Assembly (NCBI GenBank): GCA_051294905.1
Contig: CM119385.1
Location: forward strand, 21,204,001 to 21,268,000
Reading direction: 5' to 3'
Origin: Botryllus schlosseri
Lineage: Eukaryota
Length of the DNA: 64,000 nucleotides
This document shows positions 42,885-53,800 of the stretch, in pieces (the stretch's first letter is position 1; every line of letters starts with the position of its first letter). Under the pieces are notes generated by a model that did no database searches, was not told the origin of the DNA, and was given only the letters and a program-made list of their open reading frames with translations. Both the position numbers and the translations under genes were made by a program.

Positions 42885-43189
42885 ATCAAGACACACCTAG
42901 AGATAAGATGTCGGCAAATATGCAAGTACCGATATTGTTAAACGAATGCATTCGTTATCTTTGAAATATTTTCGAGCTTCGCGCGAATGGGACATGAACG
43001 GTGAACGCACACTAAATCTTCATGAAATAGATGTCAGCGATTTCAGTGCGTTGTACGATTGCTTCCCCCGTTACCTAATCTAGTTCTAAACAAAAAGGTC
43101 ATCAATGCCCGCGGGCCCCGCACAATTGTTTGGAAAACCACATGTGGCCCTTTGGACCAAAAGGTTGGCGGCCCCTGATTTAGCATAAA

Positions 43190-43260
43190 TTACATGTATC
43201 GACCTGAATTTGGATCAGGCGACCCGGGTTCAAGTCCCGCCGTCGGAGGTTATTCTGGGC
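43190..43260 (+). mobile_element. tRNA-derived SINE head fragment
   Basis: B-box-like gggttcaagtccc preceded by ttggatcaggcgacc; no complete cloverleaf. Confidence 0.35.
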
Positions 43261-43699
43261 TCCGCGGCTCGCTGTTCAGGCGACAAAACGACACGACGAA
43301 GAAGATAGATAAGAGCAAGAAATATAGCAACGACTGTGACATCGGGCGCTAGGCGGAGATGGATTCCAGATAAATCGCAATGGTCGATCGTTTCGGCATC
43401 CTTCTATCTGTTCATTACATCACATTGTGTGTCTTGTATCACATTGTAGATTGTGTGTATGTCGTGGGAAAATGAAAATATAATCTTACGATTATTCAAT
43501 ATTATATGTTGCTTACTCAAACCTACTGTCGGATAATCCTCGAGATACAGTTCGACTGGTATGATCCGGCAATCTGGACGGAGCGTTTTCGTATAATCCG
43601 TGCTGCTCATACGGTAGTCACTTGGTATAGTTGGCGGAGTTGAAGTTGCGTACGATGTGTGTGTACATACGAAATGTGACACTGGAACACGACAGCGGT

Positions 43700-44450
43700 C
43701 GGATATATTCGTTTTTATAATATACGGTATGGTGTGCTCTTCGACGGCACGTTCTCGAAGGTCCGCGGATTCCGTATCAAATCAAGTTAAAACTCCGCAT
43801 GGACAGACAGTGATGCATATTGCATGTAGCTTAGATCTCACGTTTAAAAATGCTACCGAACGACTCGAGATGAACATGATCTGATCAATACCGACGCAAT
43901 TAATCAAGAAATCAGCGCGGCTCGAACACTGCAAGGACCAGAACGGTAAGTTTCGTCGTGCGAGCACCGCGCGACTTCGTTGGCTTCCAAGTTATCTCGC
44001 CTAGGTTGCAATTTGATATAAGAAGAGAGACTTAGTACCAGTGAACCCTGCAATCGATTTGACAAATCGAATGTAGGATCATCTTCATGGTTCTGCCAAG
44101 ACGCATGTAAATAAGTGGCATGCACAGTTGTACAAATGTACACTGGATGAAAAGTAATAAAGAAGATATATAGAAAAGCAAGCGGCAAAAATGGTGTGTC
44201 ATGTCACTGAAGTTCAGGTCGTGGTCCGGTAATCTTGAGGACTGACTAGTATTCATTTAGTAGAAATTGCTTGTATTTCGACTTGAATGTGGACATCAAC
44301 TCGTCGATTGTCGGCGGGATACTGTTCCACACGTCTGGTCCGGCATAAGAGCGAATATATTTTCGGTCGATCATATGATATTTGGACGACGGGCGTGTGT
44401 CGTATCCTACTTGTGCGCTTTTAATTCCGAGCTAACGAAGTATCATTGAA
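43700..44450. mobile_element. Degenerate LINE fragments in both orientations
   Basis: Plus strand SARL...RLRWLP (L2-like) at about 43900-44000; minus strand YAGPDVWNSIP...KYKQFLL at about 44250-44380. Confidence 0.6.
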
Positions 44451-44544
44451 AAATTCTGGGCAATGACCGCAGTGGAACTGATACACTACATAAGATTTTA
44501 TCGTAATTCATGTGGTATTTTTTAAAGTATACAATGGTATGAAC

Positions 44545-45995
44545 CAGTGGTTCCCTACCGAGGGGGGAGGATTTCCCCCCTTAGGCGTAATTTTTAAATT
44601 ATTAGGGAGTGATCTGGCTTTAGGGTTGTCAATCAATATTCTATCAATAATCGCGTTGGTTTATATTTTTCATCTGAACAATAAAGTCACACACAATGTA
44701 CAATGCGATGTAATGAACATATTGGAGGATATCGAACGACATGCAGTTGCGATCCTTTATTTAGACCAGTGGTTCCCAACCGGTGGAGAATTCCCCACTG
44801 GTGGGGAATTCAATGGTTTCTGGTGGGGAATAGACACATTTGTTAACAGGTTATACAGTATAGTCTACATATTTACGGAGCGATTACCGTTACAATAAGC
44901 TCATTGCTCTGGAATGTATATGTGTCGGAAATTATATTCCGTGTTGTTCACAAAAGCTAAATTTCGCAAAACAACAGCAGAATTCGCATTGATTGTGGGA
45001 AAAACTGTGGTATTTCTTGTATTATCTTCCGTTGCAGTGTTTCATTTGTTAAATAGGCCTATCACCTACTTCATTTACATTTTTCCAGTAGCAATTCCCT
45101 GCTAAACGTCTGGCCAAATGTTATGGAGGGGCATTTTTAAAGGGTAGGCTATATAGGAGTTTTGGGTAGTGGGGAATGAAGACTAGGAATAAATCTGAAC
45201 TGGGGAATGAAGACAAAAAGGTTGGGAACCACTGATTTAGACTGACATCCACCTCGGCCTAGAGTGCCCGATGTTACTGTTCTTTTCGATGTCGATCTTT
45301 TTGAAGCCACGGCCCTTTCTATCCTTTCCATTCCTGTGGGTGTTTTCTTTCGTCGGAAGATACACTGGTTTCCCAAGGTTTTTAGATTTTTATGGTAAAA
45401 CTGTTAAGTATGAAACCAGTTCTTTACAATTGTATGTTTCTTTGGCGGATTTTAATAAGCTAGGTGTATATCTTTAAATGCCTTCCGTAGATATTACACC
45501 CCCCGATGAGGTGAGGCTCGCGAGACGATTTCGTTGGGCCCGTGACAGCCTCACGACCAAATTGCTACTAAGGCAGGAAAAAGTCAAGCCAAATTCAGCA
45601 CAAGGCCGTTGGTGAAAATGTTTACCTTTTTAAGCCAACATATGAGCTAACGTGAAAAACACACCACATTCATCGATTCAACTCAAGGCCACAGCAAGCG
45701 GACTTGGTGATGTCTTTTTCGTCAGCGACTACCCGACAGGCAATGATATATATACATTTATATCATTGCCGACAGGTAATCAAACAGGTCAAATTTAGCT
45801 GTACTTTACTAAAGTGTAGTGCAGTCCGCATTCGTCATAGTTCGGACATATCTGAATATATTTGGCTATATATTGCTCAGTCAACGAATGGTTGTTCGTT
45901 GAAAAGCCACTTTTTTAGTCATGGGTAACTTTATCATATGGGGGATTTTAGCTCAAGTACCGGGTCCACTAGACGAAAAAGGTTGGGAACCACTG
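44545..45995. mobile_element. Charlie-type hAT MITE containing a second Charlie-type MITE (44767-45234)
   Basis: Outer ends cagtggttccc / gggaaccactg with flanks gtatgaac / gtataaac; inner ends cagtggttcccaacc / ggttgggaaccactg with perfect TSD atttagac. Confidence 0.85.
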
Positions 45996-46602
45996 GTATA
46001 AACTATAAAGTCAGCGCAACTCAACTTAATAAAACTGAAGTGGAGACGTTACGCTTTTACAATGCTTATTCGCTCACTGTAAACCACTACGCTATGCTAT
46101 GGCCGCGCTGTGCAAATTTGACACACAATGCATGCCGTGTGCACTATACAACTTTCGCATCACATATGTTAATCGAGAATCATCTGAAGAAAAAGAGAGA
46201 AGTTGCAACATCAGCCCAAGCCGGTTATAACTGGAATGGGCAGCGGTGTTCGCATAGATCCCGCATAGTAAGTGCTTATTATGTATGTCAACCGGAAAGG
46301 AAATGTCTTGTGCGAATGGGCGGGTATCAGCAACTGCCAAGCACTTGAAGGAGAATCTGGTTTACTTATAGTGCCGTAAATAAAGAAAGATATCGCTACT
46401 TCAAGAAACTTAACTGTATTCTCCGCCCAGTATAGTATAAGATAGCCTTCGGTTAATTTGCGAGAGGTGTAGATGCTATGAGAAGTGTAGTGCCCCAATT
46501 CGGACTTGACCAGTGTATATTCACCATTTTACTGCTGTCAACGCCTGAATTACTTTGAGTGGGCCTTCTACCCTTGAAAATTCGGTCCTGTTAATGTGGC
46601 AT

Positions 46603-49600
46603 GGCCCCGTGGATATACTCAGATATCGCAGATATCGCAGGTATCGCAGATATCGCAGATATCACTACTGTGGATATACTCAGATATCGCAGATATCATT
46701 GTGGATATACTCAGATATCGCAGATATCACCAAAAACCGCAGACATCGAGGTCATATAAAGGTCACGCTTCGTTTAGAGCGCAGATATCACGTCTTAAGC
46801 ATGTCTATAGGTCGATTTAGTGCGCAGATATCAGGTCCGGACCATGCCTGGGGTAATTTTGTGCGCAGATATCAGCTCTGGAGCATGTGCGGATACAAAT
46901 AGTGCGCAGATATCAGGTCTGGACCATACCTGGGCTCTTATGGTGCGCAGATATCAGCTCCGGAGCATGTCCGAATACAAATAGTGCGCAGATATCAGGT
47001 CTGGACCATACCTGGGCTCTTTTGGTGCGCAGATATCAGCTCCGGAGCATGTCCGAATACAAATAGTGCGCAGATATCAGGTCTGGACCATACCTGGATT
47101 CTTTTGGTGCGCAGATATCAGGTCCGGACCATACCTGGGGGAATTTTGTGCGCAGATATCAGCTCTGGAGCATGTCCGGATACAAATAGTGCGCAGATAT
47201 CAGGTCTGGACCATACCTGGGCTCTTTTGGTGCGCAGATATCAGCTCCGGAGCATGTCCGAATACAAATAGTGCGCAGATATCAGGTCTGGACCATACCT
47301 GGATTCTTTTGATGAGCAGATATCAGGTCTGGACCATACCTGGATTCTTTTGGTGCGCAGATATCAGCTCCGGAGCATGTCCGGATACAAATAGGGTGCA
47401 GATATCAGGTCTGGACCATGCCTGAGTTCTTTTGGTGTGCAGATATCAGCTCCAGAGCATGTCCGGATACAAATAGTGAGCAGATATCAGCACCTTTATG
47501 AGCATTGAACATATAATGCCCTAACCAGTGCGCAGATATCAGGTTTGGCGTCTTTTTCATGCGCAGATGTTAGCTTCGGAGCATGTCCGGATACAAATAG
47601 AGCGTTGCGACGGTCAACTTAATCGAATACGCAGGTAGGGCTAGTCGACAAACATGGTAAATACTGTTTAAACAGCTAAATGAGAAACTCCGACCATCTG
47701 CGCTTTGTTCGGCTCACTCATTAACACGAAATCCGAGCCGTGTCGGATTCTTCGGGAATGGTGTATATTGGTAGGTAATCCGAGAATTATCAACGAAAAA
47801 CTCAAATAACTCCGCTTCTACTAGTTGGAATTGATTCAAATTTGTTTTGCACCGTCTTTGAAGAAAATTCAACAATTTCGAGGGGTTGACAGGAAAATTT
47901 GAAATTTTTAAAACATTTTTTCTAATAAATTAAAAATTTAAATTGGCTCTGCGGTGGCTTATATACTTGTTAGAATTGAAACAAATTTGGCGTGCAACGG
48001 TTTTTAGGGTAACCTGACAATTTAATCAGTGAATGGCTGGAATCCGGAAAAAAAGTTATTTTTGAACGACACTGTACTCATGACACACAAAACCTGAAAG
48101 TACCTCAGATTTAAACCGCGGTATAAATACAGTAGCCTCTAGCCTACGACATTTTTATTCTGCATGCTCATAGTAACGTAGAATGGTATGTACGTATAGG
48201 CACGTAGGATTTATGACCGCTATATAATTCTTAGTTAGGTTATGTTTTCTTGTACCACTCTTCTCCGCCCTTTGGGTGTGAATACACACTCTTTTCGCAA
48301 GGAGTGTGAGGCTATTTGAACATTTATCATGACAATTATTCTTATAAACGTGATAGAAACATGTGCCAATGTTACTCTCTACTTTACAAAATACAAAGTG
48401 TAAAAAAGTATTATTATTTCCTTAAAATTTTTTCAAGTAGAATTGGATGTAGTACAAAGATATCTAACCACTAGAGCAGGGGTGTGAAACTTACGACCGG
48501 ACGATTTTATCCGACCCGCGAAAAAATTTCGATTTGATGGAAAAATGCTTGTATTATCCTGCATATTTCTAACAAATGTTGAGATTTTTAGTCCGTGAAA
48601 CTTCTATTTAATAATTCCCGACCACCAGAGGAAAACGAATCGAGATTTAAATGAACCGAATTCCAACGGCCACGTCTACAGTTAAATCTCTTGTATTCCT
48701 CCCAACGCATGCGAAGAGTTAACGCCAGATTACGACTGAAACAAGGGGATCATAGAAATATGCTGATATCGTCGTAAGAGCCCCTGTTTTAGCGGTTTGT
48801 AACTATATTTAACCAGTCAATATTTGTATTTTTGCAAATTCCATTGTTTGCGAATGAACGTGTCGCTTGAATAGAACCCCTAATCCCCTATGTTCTGAAG
48901 GTTTGAATGCGGCCCGCGAAACAACTTGAGTTTGACACCCCTGCACTAGAGTAGCCTAAGTGATGCAAGCAGGCAAAATCTGCCTGAGGACTCCAAAATA
49001 ACTGTAAGTGGTTTGTTACTGGTCAGCTCTGACCAGTGACCAGGCCTGACCATTTCCATCCAGACATGATGTGGAGTTGATATCGACCAAAGAAATACGC
49101 TCAGGCATGGTCCAAACCTGCGCAATATTTGTATCCAGACATACTCCGGGTCTGATATCTGCGTATCGCTTGGCGTCAGACATGCTGCGGACCTGATATC
49201 TATGCAGGAAACAGCGCCAGGTATGGTCTAGACCTGATATCTGCGCACTATTTGTATTCGGACATGCTCCGGAGCTGATATCTGTGCACCAAAAGAATCC
49301 AGGTATGGTCCAGACCTGATATCTGCTCATCAAAAGAATCCAGGTATGGTCCAGACCTGATATCTGCGCACTATTTGTATTCGGACATGCTCCGGAGCTG
49401 ATATCTGCGCACCAAAAGAGCCCAGGGATGGTCCAGACCTGATATCTGCGCACTATTTGTATCCGGACATGCTCCAGAGCTGATATCTGCGCACAAAATT
49501 CCCCCAGGTATGGTCCGGACCTGATATCTGCGCACCAAAAGAATCCAGGTATGGTCCAGACCTGATATCTGCGCACTATTTGTATTCGGACATGCTCCGG

Positions 49601-50204
49601 AGCTGATATCTGCGCACCAAAGAATCCAGGTATGGTCCAGACCTGATATCTGCGCACTATTTGTATTCGGACATGCTCCGGAGCTGATATCTGCGCATCA
49701 GAAGAATCCAGGTATGGTCCAGACCTGATATCTGCGCACTATTTGTATGCGGACATGCTCAGGAGCTGATATCTGCGCACCAAAAGAATCCAGGTATGGT
49801 CCAGACCTGATATCTGCGCACCAAAAGAGCCCAGGTATGGTCCAGACCTGATATCTGCGCACTATTTGTATTCGGGCATGCTCCGGAGCTGATATCTGCG
49901 CACAAAATTCGCCCAGGCATGGTCCGGACCTGATATCTGCGCACTGAATCGACCTAGACATGCTTAAGACGTGATATCTGCGCTCTAAACGAAGCGTGAC
50001 CTTTATATGACCTCGATGTCTGCGGTTTTTGGTGATATCTGCGATATCTGAGTATATCCACAATGATATCTGCGATATCTGAGTATATCCACAGTAGTGA
50101 TATCTGCGATATCTGCGATATCTGCGATATCTGCGATATCTGCGATATCTGCGATACCTGCGATACCTGCGATATCTGCGATATCTGAGTATATCCACGG
50201 GGCC
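46603..50204. mobile_element. Foldback-type (Mutator-related) non-autonomous element, 3602 bp, with ~1 kb tandem-repeat inverted arms
   Basis: Perfect 9 bp TSD atgtggcat (46594-46602 and 50205-50213); termini ggccccgtggatatactcagatatcgcag inverted at both ends; arms about 46603-47603 and 49100-50204 are built from (gatatcgca)n followed by alternating 41 bp units. Confidence 0.92.
48477..48943. mobile_element. Charlie-type hAT MITE in the Foldback spacer
   Basis: caggggtgtgaaact ... agtttgacacccctg; perfect TSD cactagag. Confidence 0.9.
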
Positions 50205-50899
50205 ATGTGGCATCCATGGCTGCGTGAAAAGCTACCTCTTGATTGCTGATGGTTTATCACTTTCGCTTGTGACCTATGTTGTGCGAAATTAAGGGCCCAA
50301 TTCGAAATTAGGACAGTTGATAAGGTGAAGGTAGGATAGTTACATCATAAATTTATCATAGTTCAATTTTCAAAGCCGCTTATTAACTGTTTGTCTTGAG
50401 ATATTCAGGTTATGGTAGTTATATTATAAATTGATTATAGTCCAATTTTCCAAGCCTCATAGCTCGAACATATTGACCCAACTGTCATATAGTGTTAGAT
50501 GAGTCCTTGCATTTTTTCCTTGTAATATTATGAACGTGCAAAAATGTAGAAAGTAAAGCTCCTTTGATTTAGATTTCGTTACCTAGAGGGCTAGAGCCGA
50601 CGTTGTGATTTACTGATTTGATGGTTAAAATTGAGTGTAATCATAGACGCTTTATATGGAATCCTGCTTTTCAAGATATTAAATAATTTGTAACTGAAAC
50701 CATCATGATGAATTGCTGTTAATTACCCGGATTTCATGTTACACTTGTCACATGGACATCAATGCACAATATTGATTGGCTCAAACAAGCAGCTGTTGTG
50801 GGGAGGTAAGTTTTTATGGAGCGTATTACAATTGAATTTATCAAGTTGATGGAAATTTTTTCTCAGAAATCAAGCTTTGCCGAAGACCGCAAACGGACG

Positions 50900-53800
50900 A
50901 TGTATGTATTGCAACGTCATGATTGGTCCCCACAACGGCTGTTCCGAATGCTCGAAGACTGTAGGCTTCGGGAGAATGAAATTTGGAGAAAAAACCCACT
51001 GCTTCACACTTTAGATCAAGTAAGATACGATATCGAAGCGTAATCACGCGAACTGACATGATTCAATCTCTTTTTTTTTCAGCAAACTCAAATTATCCCA
51101 ACGCATCGAGACTATGCTGTAACATGGATGTCACACCTTAATAATCGCTTTGGATTCTACCCGGAGACATTTTTTCTTGCTGTCAATAATTTGGACAGGT
51201 TTCTGACTACTGTCAAGGTGAGATATTTTAAGTGAAATAAGTGTGAGCAGTGGCGTAGACAGAGGGGGATAATCGGTGTCCGATACCCCCCGTTTCGAAG
51301 CTCGAAATACCCCCCCCCCCCCCCCCGTCTTACATGTATTTCCATTGATCTAATATTGCTTGTTCTAATTCGATAATCCCCTAATTGCCGCGCGGCATCA
51401 TCACGCCATCGATCAATCAGACAATGCAGTGCGGTTATGCCTTTTTCTCATATTGTTCTCTCGTCTACGGAAGCCCGAAAAACGCATCTCTCATGGCTCT
51501 CCCATCTCATCTGAACGATATTATCCAGTTACAGAACCAGAAGTCACAGTAACAATAACACTCGCATTTAAATTTCGATACCGCGCGAGTTGGTTTTCGT
51601 GTTTGACAGTCTATTGTCGACAAACGTTTAGAACATGCGCGCTAGGCTTGTATCATTAGAGATAGCAGATCCCTACAGTACCAAAACAGATCGTACTAAT
51701 CAAATGTTCTGTATGGAATCTATTATGTATTGATCCAATTTGCGATCATTTAGTTCGGTTGTTGTGTGTGGGTTTCCAGATCTCCAGCCGTTTCGTGTCT
51801 CAGGCCTCTGGCGCATCTGCTGACTGTCCTGTTATAACCCGCTTGGCCAGTAGTAAAACATTGGAGTCTATGAAAATTAGGCCGCTCTGTGACTCGCGGC
51901 GCGTGATAGTGCTACTCGATGTGCTATTGTAATGACCAGAAGTTATAGTATTGGCCTCGACAATTCGCAATTGTCACTTCTACACCGCAAACGCGTTTAG
52001 GAATGCATTTTGATCGCAAGCCTAAGCCTGCGCCAGGCCACTGTTATTCACGTGATGCAACCGCACAAGCTCGAGCGGTAATTAGTCTTTACCATCTCCA
52101 CACACCAAAAATACTACACCATCTTGGCAGACAGTAAAAATCATATTGATTTAAAACAAAATTAATCCAGACTGTTCGTATCAAACGGCAACAGACTATA
52201 ATTCATTTGCGTGTCTTCACTGTTAGAGTGTTCGTCTTTGAGCGCAAAATGGAGAGATCTTCCACTGTGCTGTAATATGATCTGCGCGCACTTTCGTGAT
52301 TACATCCTCGCTTTGGTAATTAAGGTCAAGATACCTCGCTGTCATCGAAATTTGTTTGCTACTTCCATCTGATCTGATACATTGTGATTTGCGAGGTGAT
52401 CAACGATGATCATCATCATCATCATCATTGGTTTATTAGCAATTTTATCAGTTCAATACACCACAAAAAATGCGATACAATGAATAGACAGGAAGATGTC
52501 GAAGCGACTTGGATTTGTCAATGGAATCGGACACCCACCTTGGCCTAGGCGTAGTAAAGAGGAGGCATGCACACTGAATGAAAGTAAAGAATACAGTATA
52601 GAAAAAGAAAGCGACAAGAAATAGGGCGGCATGTCATTGGAAGCGAGATCGATAGGTCAGTCGTGGTCCGGTAATCTTGAGGATGGACTGTATTTATTTA
52701 GTAGTAATTGCTTGTATTTCGACTTGCTGCGTTGAGTCATGATCCGCGCACATGAAACTCTCTGTCGGCAAGTAGTGGCGCGCAAGTCAAAAGCGCCTTC
52801 CGTTTGTTACTGTAGCATGCGACTGCGCATAATAGAGCTATATTTTAAGATAACTGGCAAATGTTCATGTGTATAAAGACGTAAACACAAACGAGATTAT
52901 CTTACCCTTGTTGTATCGGCATTTGTGTGTATCAAACCGCAATAAAGTGGTTAGCATAACGAATATCATCTTTTCAAAAAATATCCCCCGTTTTAATAAA
53001 TATCCCCCGTTTTTTTTCGGCTGGCTACGCCCCTGAGTGTGAGGCTTCGAGTATCACTCATTATGACTTCATGACAGTATAAATGACATGGAAATTGTGA
53101 AAATGTACCTTTTATGTAACTGTATAAAAATTTTAATCCAAAATTTACGTCACAAAGAAGATTAGTTCATCGTTTTATACTATGTGTTTCATATGCTGCG
53201 ATGCGACAAATCGAGATTTACAGCCTTTCACAGTGGAAAATTCTGTCGAAACTAATATTTAGTGACAAGGGGCATATCATTTTAGTACGCAAAAATATAA
53301 TAACTCGCTACACGACCTGAATCGTTAGAATTGATACTCGATTCAGATTTCCAACCATGAGAATAACATGTAAAAAGCACATAGACATTACCGCAATTTA
53401 ACCAAGACCTACATATACTGTCTCGTATGTTTGCATTACGCTACAATCGGTTTAGTACAACAATGCTTGTTTGTAATACGAGTGCATGTTAATTAAATTC
53501 AGGTCAGTGTAATGCTACAGTGCTCAACATCAGACTTTGAGCCTCCTTTTGTTTGAGACTAACATAATTGCCAGTGCCTTGCGCTTGATCGCTTTCTAAA
53601 TCTGTGCTTCTGTGACACAGATGAACTTTATCACTATTTTATTGGCAGTAAATTGCGGATGTGCTAGATTTCTCTTTTCGACTCTGAACTTTGTGTGATT
53701 TGTTGTCAGTTTGACCCAGTTGATTCCTGATGGTCATCTAATTCCATTAATGAACTGTGGGTGAAATTCAAGTTATGTAAGTTTTTGAACAGCCACTGTA

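Noticed and set aside
43190-43260. tRNA gene
   Set aside because: Only a B-box/T-arm-like segment is present, with no acceptor stem or anticodon arm; treated as a SINE remnant
46830-47470. CRISPR-like look: constant gtgcgcagatatcag separated by ~26 nt segments
   Set aside because: The intervening segments are only two recurring types rather than unique spacers; the context is eukaryotic with no cas genes, and the array is mirrored as a TIR
46555-50260. ORFs of up to 213 aa with RRYRRY / QISQIS / RRYQVWTIPG repeats
   Set aside because: They are translations of the Foldback tandem repeats and appear in several frames on both strands; there is no evidence of coding
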